Origin: Verrucomicrobiia bacterium | GTDB lineage: Bacteria; Verrucomicrobiota; Verrucomicrobiia; Chthoniobacterales; Terrimicrobiaceae | Assembly: GCA_037129975.1 (NCBI GenBank) | Contig: JBAXTX010000001.1 | Location: 1-44,989 of the forward strand | Direction of reading: 5' to 3' | DNA: 44,989 nt | Shown here: in pieces, positions 9,022-18,900 of the stretch | Layout of the letters: each line of letters opens with the position of its first letter | How positions within the stretch are numbered: the stretch's first letter is position 1 | The notes under the pieces: generated by a model | What the model was told of the DNA's origin: nothing | Seen by the model: only the letters and a program-made list of their open reading frames with translations | Databases searched by the model: none | Position numbers and translations under genes: made by a program

Positions 9022-11640
9022 TTATTGCATTTGCAGCTGCACTGTAGCGGAAGGCAATCCATCGGCCGCAGCTTTCAGAGTGATCTTTCCGGGCTTCCTC
9101 CCGGCGCGAACCACCACCAGCATGCGGCCCTCATAGGCGTGGAAGGAATTGCCACGGTAGGAGTCCGTGGCCCTCAAGTCGGCGTTGCCGATCCCGGCGA
9201 TCACGCCTTCCCCCTCAATCTCTACTTTAATGGAACGTGCGTCATGAGGTGCAACGTTGCCCTCCTTATCCACCACCTCAACATTCACAAAAGACAAGTC
9301 CTGCCCATCGGCATGAATGGCTTGGCGGTCGGGCTCAAGGCGGATAAATGCCGGTTGCCCCACCGTGGCAAGGAGAGCTTCGCCAATTTCCCGGCCATTT
9401 TCGACTGACACTGCCCGCAAGGTTCCGGGACGGTAAATGATCGGGTAGGTGCTCTTGAAACCGCTCTTCTCGCCAGCTTCCTCTTCGCCCACCAGTTTGC
9501 CGTCCTGGTACAGACGGGTCTTGCTGTGGCGGGAATAGACTTCCACCTGGATGTTCTTGCCTTCCCATCCAGGCCAGGTCCAGCATTTACGCGTAGGATG
9601 CCAGCCCCAACTCTGGTAGACGACCATCCGGTGGCCCGGCTGTTCCGGCAGCCGCACCGCCATCGCCACCTCCGGCCCGGAACCCCAGGCCATTCGCCGA
9701 AGGTCATTGACAGCCTTCTCCGCGCCGGTCAGATCGAGTAGGCCACAACAGGTGCCGTGCCAGGGGAAAACCTCGTCCTTGGCCCCCGGGTAGCGAGGCA
9801 CCGGGCCCGTGGGTTTTTTCTTCCCCGGCTTCGAAACCTGTTCGGATTCAACCAGCACTTGACCGGCCTCCGCGGGATCGTCCTCGTAGAAACAGCGGCC
9901 TGCCCCCGATTCACCCAAATAGTCCTGCGCCGTCCAGACAAAATCCCCGACACAAAAGGAGTTTTCGAAAATCTGCTTCCACTTGCCCAGAGGCGGATAG
10001 CTCTCCGTGGACACCAGAACGCGCTGCGGATGATTCGCATGCTGGGAAATGTGCCAGTTGAAGATGTCGTAATTGCCCCCGACAATATCCAGCGAATTAT
10101 AGTTGGTCTCAGCATTCGCCAAGGACTGCGCATCGTCCGGCTTGGGATGTTGCTTGTTTATCGGCCAGCCACAAATGCCGTTGCTCACAGGGCGGGTCTT
10201 GTCTCGTGCGCGGATGCGCTCAGCGAGCTTGGGGCCGTATTCGGCGCCCATGGCCGTAAATCTTCCGGGAATCTCGTTGCCGATGCTCCACATGACCACC
10301 GAAGGATGATTGCGGTCGCGGGAGACGATGGAGTCAAGGTCGCGCTCCCACCAATCCATGAAGGCGACGTGGTAATCCATCAGGTTCTTGCCGAGGGCCC
10401 AGCAATCAAAAGCCTCGTCCAGCACTAGCATGCCCAGCCGGTCAGAGGCCTCCAGCAACGCCGGCGAGGGCGGATTGTGGGCTGTGCGAATGGCATTAAA
10501 CCCAGCCGCCTTGAGCCGTTCGATCTTGCGTTCCTCGGCCCGGTCGAAAGCGCAGGCACCTAGCACGCCATTATCGTGATGAATACAGCCCCCGTTGAGC
10601 TTATAAGGGGCGCCATTAATGGTAAACCCCTTCTCTGCCGACCATGCCAGCGTCCGGAATCCGAATGGGGTACTAACCTCATCCACCGCTTTCCCTCCCG
10701 CCACTACCCGAGTTACCGCCCGCGAAAGCTGCGGCTTTTCCGGCGACCACAGGGCCGGATTTTTTATCATGAGAGTCTGGGCAACCTTGTTCGTTTTGGA
10801 GAATTTCAATTCACATGGGGTCTCCGCTTTTCCAATGGAGCGGCCATCCGGCGCAAACACCTCCGTCTGCACCGTAACAGAGGCATCGGCCGGAGATTCA
10901 TTCACCAACTCGGTCTCCACCTCGAGAACAGCGGATTGGGCATCGGCCTGCGACACGCTTGCGAACACGCCCCACGGCAGAACGTGAACCGGATTCTCCA
11001 CCGTCAGCCAGACATGCCGGTAAATACCCGAACCACTGTACCAGCGCGAGTTCTTGTGCCGTGAATTATCGACTCTCACCGCCAGCACATTGTCACCGCT
11101 GCGGTTCAGAGCCGGCGTAAGATCCACAAAGAACGATGTGTAACCGTAGGGATGAAATGCCAGTTTCTGACCGTTGCAGTAAATCTCGGCGTTCATGTAC
11201 ACGCCCTCAAATTCGATGCGCACTCTTTGGCCGTCCCATTTTATGGGCACGTTCAAGTGGCGCCGATACCAGCCCACGCCTGCCAGGAAAAAGCCGCCAT
11301 TTCCGCCCATGGGAGCTTTGGGGCACAGCTTTCCCTCAATACTCCAGTCATGCGGCAGATCGACCACACGCCAGGCAGAGTCATCGAAGTTAATTTCCTG
11401 GGCTCCTTCCGGTTCCTTGTCCCCGTCGTTGGCCTCTGCAATCCCTACATTCTGAGCAGCGAAAAACCGCCACCCATCGTCCAAGCGCGCTCTATACCGG
11501 GGGCCCGTTGGTTCACTTGCAAAATCCGGCGCAGCCCACGCAGACTGGATCAAAAAGACAGCGAGCAAACTAACAACGGCTCGGCCAACAATCCGGCTAT
11601 CATTGTTAGTTTTACAAGTATTCTTACGTTCATTGTTCAT
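9022..11640 (-). CDS. secreted glycoside hydrolase family 2 (beta-galactosidase/glucuronidase-like)
   Basis: GH2 hallmarks are WRVVDLPHDWSIEG, NAIRTAHNPPSPALLEASDRLGMLVLDE and VVMWSIGNEIP (acid/base NE). The likely ATG is at 11640 (MNNERK...signal LLAVFLIQSAWA). The track start at 11670 is a GTG overlapping the upstream gene. Confidence 0.8.
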   Translation of the reverse strand: MNNERKNTCKTNNDSRIVGRAVVSLLAVFLIQSAWAAPDFASEPTGPRYRARLDDGWRFFAAQNVGIAEANDGDKEPEGAQEINFDDSAWRVVDLPHDWSIEGKLCPKAPMGGNGGFFLAGVGWYRRHLNVPIKWDGQRVRIEFEGVYMNAEIYCNGQKLAFHPYGYTSFFVDLTPALNRSGDNVLAVRVDNSRHKNSRWYSGSGIYRHVWLTVENPVHVLPWGVFASVSQADAQSAVLEVETELVNESPADASVTVQTEVFAPDGRSIGKAETPCELKFSKTNKVAQTLMIKNPALWSPEKPQLSRAVTRVVAGGKAVDEVSTPFGFRTLAWSAEKGFTINGAPYKLNGGCIHHDNGVLGACAFDRAEERKIERLKAAGFNAIRTAHNPPSPALLEASDRLGMLVLDEAFDCWALGKNLMDYHVAFMDWWERDLDSIVSRDRNHPSVVMWSIGNEIPGRFTAMGAEYGPKLAERIRARDKTRPVSNGICGWPINKQHPKPDDAQSLANAETNYNSLDIVGGNYDIFNWHISQHANHPQRVLVSTESYPPLGKWKQIFENSFCVGDFVWTAQDYLGESGAGRCFYEDDPAEAGQVLVESEQVSKPGKKKPTGPVPRYPGAKDEVFPWHGTCCGLLDLTGAEKAVNDLRRMAWGSGPEVAMAVRLPEQPGHRMVVYQSWGWHPTRKCWTWPGWEGKNIQVEVYSRHSKTRLYQDGKLVGEEEAGEKSGFKSTYPIIYRPGTLRAVSVENGREIGEALLATVGQPAFIRLEPDRQAIHADGQDLSFVNVEVVDKEGNVAPHDARSIKVEIEGEGVIAGIGNADLRATDSYRGNSFHAYEGRMLVVVRAGRKPGKITLKAAADGLPSATVQLQMQ

Positions 11641-11659
11641 TTTCTTAATTCGTAATGTG

Positions 11660-14600
11660 TCACTCCGCACTCATGACCCGCACCGGACCGAGCAGACCGG
11701 AGGGGAGCAAGTCGGCGGGCTTGCCGGTCTTCATACGCTCGGAACAGGATTTGCAACTGCCACGAGCCCATGCGTTGATGCCGCGAAAACCGTCCGAATT
11801 TACTGACTCATAGGTTGCCACATTGGTCACGATGCGCCGCTTGTCAGGCGGCAGACTCGCGTCGCCGATCAAGCGGTTGGGCCAGAGGTTGGCCACCTCG
11901 ATTTCCAGTTCGTTGTCCGCACTCTTGAGCAACCCCGCAGGAATCTCCACCTGCCACGGCGCGCACCACACCACCCCGAGATCCCGGCCGTTCAAGCGAA
12001 CGCGTGCGAGATTCTTGAGCTCCCCAAGCGAGAGAACCAGTTTTTGAGCTTCGCTTTTTTGGTCGAACGTCTTTTTGTAAACCGCAATTCCCGAGTAATA
12101 CTTGATCGCCTCCTCCGGACGTTTCGTCCAATCGACCAGTTGGTCAAACCGGACTTTCCCTCCCGTACCATTGTCCGGATAAAACCAGTGCGGATCAAAC
12201 TGCACATCCCACGGCCCCGCCAACTCCTGCACCGCCTTCAGCTCCGGAAAATTCTTCCGGTTTCCAGTTTCAGCTTTCAGGTTTGCAGCTTTCCGGAACA
12301 CCACAAAGAACGACTGCCTCGGCGCGAACGCCATCGGCACCAGGGTCCGGCCCTTCTCTTCGCGCCATTCCGGCAGGTCGGCAATCATTCCCGTCACCGC
12401 GTCCCAGAGTTCCGGCTGCTTGCCGCTGACCCGGAAGACGACCTCGGCTTTGGCATCGAGTGTTCGTTGGTTGCTAATGAAGTAAATCTCCGTCTCGCCA
12501 TCCCGGCGGTGGATCCAGTCGAAGTTGGAAGCCGGAAGGTTGAAGTCGGAACGCTGAAGGTTGAGGGCTGAAGGGGCCGGGCGAAACTCGATGTCCGGCG
12601 CGAGTCCGTCGGCCCGCACGATTCCTTCCAAAGCGCCTTCGCGCACCTTCGGCACTGACTCGGCAAATGATTTGGGGCCGATCACAGGAACCCCGGCTTC
12701 GGCCAGTTCGTTGATCTTTTTCAGCGTGGCGGGGGAGAGGATCGCTTCCGGCTGATGTGGCAAAACCAGGTAACGGTAGCTCATGCCGTTGGGCAACATC
12801 AGCCGGCCATCCTTGACCGAGGCACGCGTCAGGAGCACCTCAGCATTCATCGCATCGTATTCGAATCCCTTTGGCCGCTCTGGCTTTTGATAACGAGGGC
12901 TCACGACAAAACTGGGGATGGATTCGTCTTGCAGGTAGGCAAAGTCCGCCACGAACAGCCCCTGACGCAAGAGGTACTGACAGCGGGCCAAGTAAGTCAA
13001 CCAACCGTCGGCCATCGGCCACCAAGTCAGCTTGTAGCCAAAATGGGTCCCGACATGAGTAAACCAGATGCCCGGCCGCACGTCTGGGTGCAGTTGAGTG
13101 GGCCAGTTGTGGAAGACCATTCGCTTCAGGCCGTAACAGAAGGCCTCGTCGCCGATCTTCTTCAATCCCCAAGGACTTTCCGTAAAATCATCCCCCAGAG
13201 TGGTAAAGGTTTCGGCCTGGCAGAGCGGCTTGCCATAGATATGTGCGGCGCTGGCCACCCCCTTGACACTCGCGTTGGCCGGGTGGGGAGCGTCCTCGTC
13301 CAAGGAGCTGGCACGCAACCAAAATTCACCCATCGGCACGGCCTGGGAGCTTAGGCATTGCAACGCATCGATCCAATGATTCCCGGGGCCACCCGATTCC
13401 GAGTGGGTTCCGCGGAGACCACCCTTGCAGGTCAATTCCGCCATCCGTCCGTAATAATTCTCCGCTACCAGGTCGGCCACAGTGCGGCGGAAATCCTGCA
13501 CGAATCGTTTCGTTGCCTCGGCATTGTCCACAGTCCATCCGACCATCGCTGGCAGAAACGGCAGCGGGTCATAGCCACGTCTGCGCTGGAACTCCTCGCG
13601 CATTTTTAGCGTCCAGCTTGGATAGCCCTTTTCCCAACTATCAATATGGAAATACTGGAGCGTCTTGCCCGCCAGCGGCCCGGCGTCGGCAATCAGTTTC
13701 GCGCCGGTATTGGCGAAATGCAGATCCATGGCCTCCGCGTTCAGCGGATCGATCTCCGGTCCGCTCGGCCCGCTTCCCGCAGCAACGGTTGGCCTTCCCG
13801 TGAGCGTATAGCCAATCCGCATCACCCGCCAACGACCCGCCGGCGCTTCCCAATCCAGCCGCCCGTTGCCGTCCATGAACCGGCTGACATCCACCGCCTT
13901 TTTACTGTCCCACTGGAGTTGTTCGGACCTCGTCTTGTCCACCAGTTGCTTGGGTAGCAGAGCGATCTCGGCCACCCGCACAAAATTGCTTTTGCGGTCA
14001 CTCCCGTACGGATACGCCGACAAAAACAAAACCCGGAAATGTTTCGCCCGGGTTTCTTCAAAAAAAACGCTGCTCGCTTCACCGGGGGTCAAGGTCTGGT
14101 GTTTGAGCGAGCGAAAGGTCTGGCCATCGTCCGAACTCTGCACTTCAACCTCCTTCGGCCCGCAACCATATTGCGCACCTTTCAGGTAAACACCGGCCGC
14201 GGCGCACGGGGCGTCGAAGTCGAATTGCAAATATTCCGGATTCTCCGGCGCCAGGTCCAGACCGGGTTGCGATCCCTTGGATTGCCAGTAAGTCTTGTCA
14301 TCAAAGTCTTGCGCCTTTTCCGAATCATTGCCCGCCTGCTGGGAACTGGCCACCAGTTTGTATACGGGAAGGCTGGTTTCCGGCAGAGGCATGGCAAGCA
14401 CGCTGATGTCATGGTAGAACTCCTTGACAATCTGAGGCTGCGGCAGTTCGACACTCACACGCCCCGGCCCCTGAACTACGGTCGGCGCGGAGGCGACGAG
14501 CTTTTTCATCGCATGCTCGGGTGTCACCCACGGCCCGCCTGCGTCCCAGCCGGTGCAGAGATTGACCGTGAGCGTAATCCCGCAGCGGTCGGCCTCGCGG

Positions 14601-14923
14601 ACGGCATAGCGGAAGAGCTCGCGCCACGCCTCACTCATAAAAGGTGGGCCTTGTTGAATCTTCTTATCTACTTCGCCAGCGTCAAACAAGAGTGCGCCGC
14701 TGATCCCCTGCTTGCGCATCTCCTCGAAATCCCGAGTGATCCCCTCCTTGCTCGCCGCCCCGTTCAGCCACCACCAGTAACACCACGGCTTGTACTCCGT
14801 GGGGGGCGCGGCGAAGGTCTTTCCCAGGTCCTCCGCCGCGCGAGCCTCCGCCCCGGCCAGTCTCCCGGCCAAAGCTGTGGTTATCGCCAAACACGCCAGT
14901 ATTTTTCCTAATATTTTCTTCAT
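11660..14923 (-). CDS. large secreted glycoside hydrolase, GH106-like (alpha-L-rhamnosidase-type; family tentative) with a discoidin-like insert
   Basis: 1087 aa with signal MKKILGKILACLAITTALAG. N-terminal KPWCYWWWLNGAASKEGITRDFEEMRKQGISGALLFDAG is typical of this family. There is a central F5/8-like segment (DDKTYWQSKG...FRVLFL). The C-terminal galactose-binding-like segment ends RVRLNGRDLGVVWCAPWQVEIP...NELEIEVANLWPNRLIGD. Confidence 0.55.
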   Translation of the reverse strand: MKKILGKILACLAITTALAGRLAGAEARAAEDLGKTFAAPPTEYKPWCYWWWLNGAASKEGITRDFEEMRKQGISGALLFDAGEVDKKIQQGPPFMSEAWRELFRYAVREADRCGITLTVNLCTGWDAGGPWVTPEHAMKKLVASAPTVVQGPGRVSVELPQPQIVKEFYHDISVLAMPLPETSLPVYKLVASSQQAGNDSEKAQDFDDKTYWQSKGSQPGLDLAPENPEYLQFDFDAPCAAAGVYLKGAQYGCGPKEVEVQSSDDGQTFRSLKHQTLTPGEASSVFFEETRAKHFRVLFLSAYPYGSDRKSNFVRVAEIALLPKQLVDKTRSEQLQWDSKKAVDVSRFMDGNGRLDWEAPAGRWRVMRIGYTLTGRPTVAAGSGPSGPEIDPLNAEAMDLHFANTGAKLIADAGPLAGKTLQYFHIDSWEKGYPSWTLKMREEFQRRRGYDPLPFLPAMVGWTVDNAEATKRFVQDFRRTVADLVAENYYGRMAELTCKGGLRGTHSESGGPGNHWIDALQCLSSQAVPMGEFWLRASSLDEDAPHPANASVKGVASAAHIYGKPLCQAETFTTLGDDFTESPWGLKKIGDEAFCYGLKRMVFHNWPTQLHPDVRPGIWFTHVGTHFGYKLTWWPMADGWLTYLARCQYLLRQGLFVADFAYLQDESIPSFVVSPRYQKPERPKGFEYDAMNAEVLLTRASVKDGRLMLPNGMSYRYLVLPHQPEAILSPATLKKINELAEAGVPVIGPKSFAESVPKVREGALEGIVRADGLAPDIEFRPAPSALNLQRSDFNLPASNFDWIHRRDGETEIYFISNQRTLDAKAEVVFRVSGKQPELWDAVTGMIADLPEWREEKGRTLVPMAFAPRQSFFVVFRKAANLKAETGNRKNFPELKAVQELAGPWDVQFDPHWFYPDNGTGGKVRFDQLVDWTKRPEEAIKYYSGIAVYKKTFDQKSEAQKLVLSLGELKNLARVRLNGRDLGVVWCAPWQVEIPAGLLKSADNELEIEVANLWPNRLIGDASLPPDKRRIVTNVATYESVNSDGFRGINAWARGSCKSCSERMKTGKPADLLPSGLLGPVRVMSAE

Positions 14924-14993
14924 GTGTTCATTCCTTTATTAGCGAGTCAATTTTTGCATCGCTCCACTTATCACCATCAACGACCATCCGCCG

Positions 14994-15012
14994 CGACGCA
15001 TCATCGGCGTCG
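14994..15012. other. small GC hairpin in the 101-nt intercistronic gap
   Basis: CGACGC-ATCATCG-GCGTCG forms a 6 bp stem with no adjacent U run on the minus strand. It could be an RNA processing or stability element, or nothing. Confidence 0.25.
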
Positions 15013-15024
15013 TTCAGTCATTTC

Positions 15025-15924
15025 TTATCGCAATGCCTTTTCCCCAGGATCATCGAGAACTTGAAAACAAGTCATTTTTTTAACATCTTTGTGATCCTCG
15101 AAGGTCCAGACGACTTTCTTGTCAGGCGAGATTTCCAGCAGATGCGGTGCCGGGTCAATCTGGCCATGAGGGAAATTACAAACCACCGTATTCCCATTTG
15201 GGAGACGCTGTACGCCACAAACAAATTTGAGCGGATGCCCCGGCAGATCGTCATTCGAAACCTCCCAGACCACTTTTCCCTGGGCGTTAACTTCAAATAC
15301 TCTGGCATTATTTGTCTTGTCCGCCGCACCTATCAATGTATTGCCGTTCGGAAGCCGTATCACAGACCGCCCGCCGCCAGGCGCTGGAACCTGCCAGACA
15401 ACCTGACCTTGCCCGTCATACTCCCGAGCCAACTGGCCGCAATAGATTCCGGCGAGAAAGTTGCCACCCGGCAATTGCCTGGCATTGGCCAGGAATCCGT
15501 GTGAGCCGTGCTCTCCCGGTTGTAACAGCGGAACTTCCTGAACAACTTGCCCAGACTGATCAACAACGACCAATCGCCCAAATGTCGTCTCACCAACCAA
15601 CGTTTGTCCGTTCGGCAATCGCTGACACGTGAAGACCTCGCTCTTGGTGGTATATTTGAACACTTCCTTTTTTTCGCGCGTAACCTCCACCACTCCATGT
15701 CCCGTGGTAAACAAGAGGTTGCTGTTGGAAAGAACCCACAGATCGCAGACATGTTCCGCCGGATACTCCCACTCCACGCGCCCTTCGCGACCCACGATAA
15801 AAACTTTGCCCAGCACATAGTCGCCGCACACAACCTCGTGGCCGACAGCCGGCTCAGCCGCCGCCACGCTCCCTCCGAGAGCAATCATTGTTATGAGCAG
15901 ACACGCACCGGTTTTCATTCGCAT
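15025..15924 (-). CDS. secreted beta-propeller protein (PQQ/ASST-like blades), function unknown
   Basis: The likely start is ATG 15924 (MRMKTGACLLITMIALGGSVAAAEP signal), 13 nt after the upstream stop and preceded by GAAGGGGGG. A blade motif recurs four times: RLPNGQTLVG, QLPGGNFLAG, RLPNGNTLIG, RLPNGNTVVC. Confidence 0.7.
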   Translation of the reverse strand: MRMKTGACLLITMIALGGSVAAAEPAVGHEVVCGDYVLGKVFIVGREGRVEWEYPAEHVCDLWVLSNSNLLFTTGHGVVEVTREKKEVFKYTTKSEVFTCQRLPNGQTLVGETTFGRLVVVDQSGQVVQEVPLLQPGEHGSHGFLANARQLPGGNFLAGIYCGQLAREYDGQGQVVWQVPAPGGGRSVIRLPNGNTLIGAADKTNNARVFEVNAQGKVVWEVSNDDLPGHPLKFVCGVQRLPNGNTVVCNFPHGQIDPAPHLLEISPDKKVVWTFEDHKDVKKMTCFQVLDDPGEKALR

Positions 15925-15937
15925 AAGCCCCCCCTTC

Positions 15938-18900
15938 CTATTGACGTCTTCCATAAATAAACTTCACTTTGGACAATCCAACGGCGTCTCCGCCGTAATT
16001 GCTGATGACCTTAATTTTTACATACCGTGCACTGAGGACATTCGCGAAACGGTGTTCAAATCCTTTATAAGTGTCCATTCCGTCCGCTTCGGGAAATACG
16101 AGGGATTCGGGAAGAGAGTTCCAAGTCGTGCCATCGGCCGAGAACTGGAGCTCCGCTTGCTTGATCCCGCATTTCGTACTTAAGTCGCCTGGGGCTCCGA
16201 GGGGAGGAGTCCCCTTGAAAAAGCTACTTGCGGCGATCGCTTGCTGATTGAGATTCCAGATCCGTAACCCCGCTAATGGAAGCACACGGCCAAGATCAAA
16301 TTGAAGCCAAGCGCCGGAAACCTCACCTTTTTTGGACAACCACCAATGCCCCTGATTGGTATGTCGTTCCCCGTCGTCGCTCAACCCGCCGCCATTGAGC
16401 ATATTATTGCAGCTGTTTCGGTAATCACTCGATACGGTCGCCTTCATGTTGTCGGGATCCCATTCCAACAAGTGCGGAGTTGCCGCATTCCAATCGCAGA
16501 TGGCGGATACAGAACTCGATTTCGGACCTTCGTTGCCATTCCGGTCAATGGCAGCAACCTCATACACATGGGTCTCCCCCTGAAGAGTGTCGTGATCGGC
16601 AAAGGCTGGGGTCATCGCCCATGTGAAACGTTTGCCGTCACGATAGATGACATAGCAACCGGTGCCACTTTCGCGATCGATGACCGGCTCCCATGAAAGT
16701 TCGATCCGCACCGGACCGTTCGACGGGGATGTCGCCCGCAGACTTGACACGGCCGGAGGCGGAGTCTTGTCCTCCCGGTAGATTTCCAATCCCAAAGGAT
16801 TCCAAGGTTGGAAGTCAACCATGGGAAAAACTTCCTCTCCTCGCGTCTGAGCGGCCACCTGTTTTTTGCTGAAGACCGTTCCGAACTGCGCCGAGTTGCA
16901 GTCAAGCCACAGAACGACCCGGCGGAAATCCTCGTCGCTAATGACGCCCGCCTTCCTCGCCGCCTGATGCGTCGGGCTCAACAACGCTTGCCCCATCTTC
17001 GATGCCAAAGCCCCGAAATGCCCGGGAATTGTACGCGACCCCGCGCAGGCGACACCACCAACCGCGCGGCTTGCTTCAAACCAAAAGGCATAGGGGCGCA
17101 ATGCGGCATAATCCATGTTTTTCGGTCCCGTCTTTGCATTCTGCCCTGCCTCTTTCACATGGCAGGGCTGACAGGTGTTATCGAATACCGGTTTGACAAG
17201 ACGGTGATAATTGAACGGTATGTCACCGTCGGACACTTCAGGCTTGAGGAGGGACGGCTCGCGTGTGAACGCCGTGGGCCTGCGGGTCAGCCGGGGTGCC
17301 CGCCATTTGTTTTCATGGCATCCCTGGCAGGTGAGTTGTTCACCGGCCTGGACGTGGGTTGCCGAGCGCATGGATTGCACAGCCATGCCATTCTCATCGA
17401 GCGCCTGGAAGTAGATATCTTTGTGGATCGGCGCGAAAAAATAGGCACTGCCATCGTCGTCCACCGGCACGATCCCCAATGGCATTCGGCAGTTGTTGAC
17501 TCCATTATCATAGCCGGCATTCGCGGCATAGCCCATTGCACCATGTCCATGCGTGTAGAAAGGGCCCTGGTCATCCTCATTTTTGGGAAAGAACTGGAGG
17601 ACGCGCAGCCACTTGATCTTCTTCAGGCCCGCGGCCACCTCGGGCGGCCAAGGGAGATCCGCATCATAGATGTTCATGATTTTGATCGTGGCGGGGGGAT
17701 GCGGCATCGCATGGCGCGCGCCTTCGTACGTCTGCACCGGGATCTCCGGCGGCTTGAGCCGCGGCCGCAGGGGAATCGGATCGCACAACCCGCCTGCCGC
17801 CCCAGGCACCTCACATCTGGCAACAATCAACTCGCGGTTGCCGAACCGGTCCAGATAGAAGATATCCGGACCATAGGCACAGAGGTAGAAATCGCGATGG
17901 AGCGGCCAGCAATAGCCATACACCTTGTCGCTGCCCACGCCAAAAGGCTCGCAGGTGTCCGCATCCCCGAGGCCATAGGACATGCTGTTGCATTCGGATT
18001 CGGGGAAAAAGAGCTCCGGCGTCAATCGTGAGACCTGTCCCATGCCAAAATCGTCTTCTTTTTTCAGATTAATGAGGACCAAGGAGCCGCGTTCTCCTCC
18101 ATGTATTGTGCTGGCCGTGGCCGTGTATAAGCCTGGAAAGCCCGGAACCGCGCGGATCCCCTGTTCCATGAAAGGATTCCCGACACCCAACCCTTTCCCA
18201 TTCGGCAAAGTCCGGTCGAACGTCTGATGGGGGAAGGGATAATTGCCATGCGGCGCCCGCGGATCGCGTCCGTCCGGATACGTCGTCCAAAGATTCCCGG
18301 TCCAGTGGGAAGCTTTGTCATAGTATTCCCAACGCGTAAAAACGATTTTCCCGTCAGAATCCACGCTCGGACTATATTCCGGCAGATCGTGATAACTCAT
18401 CGTGACAATGTCGCTGCCATCGGCCGCGCACGAATGCAGGGTGTACACGGCCGGGTACTGGTGGCCACACCGGAGCAGCATGCTGGTTTTGTCGGGCGAG
18501 CGGCGAAACGAGGTAAATGCGATCCTGCCGCTGGGAAGGTAACACGGATCCATGTCGGCAAAAGGACCGTCCGTTAGCTGAACGCAGTTCGATCCATCAA
18601 CATTTGCCTCGAAAAGATGCCAAACACCATCCGAGTCCCAAATCGCTGATGGATGTGATCGCAAATAAATTCCGTGCGGAAGCATTGGCGACCATGCAAA
18701 AAGGATTTTCTTGCCATCGAACGACAATTCCAGCGAACTGAAGGCTCCGGCCTGCAGCAACGGGCCGGTGGCGGGTGGCGCCAGCAATTTGCCGGCATAA
18801 CGTCCACGCGCAATGGTCTTGCCTGCGAAGATGTTTTCAACTTTTGGTGCGGCGCCAAAGGGATCTTGAACGACCCAAACACCTTTCCCCGCCATCCAAT

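Noticed and set aside
16808-18031. 407-aa plus-strand ORF, plus other plus-strand ORFs between 16301 and 19549
   Set aside because: All are antisense to the 1177-aa HzsA-related gene, which has a paralog in the window supporting its frame.
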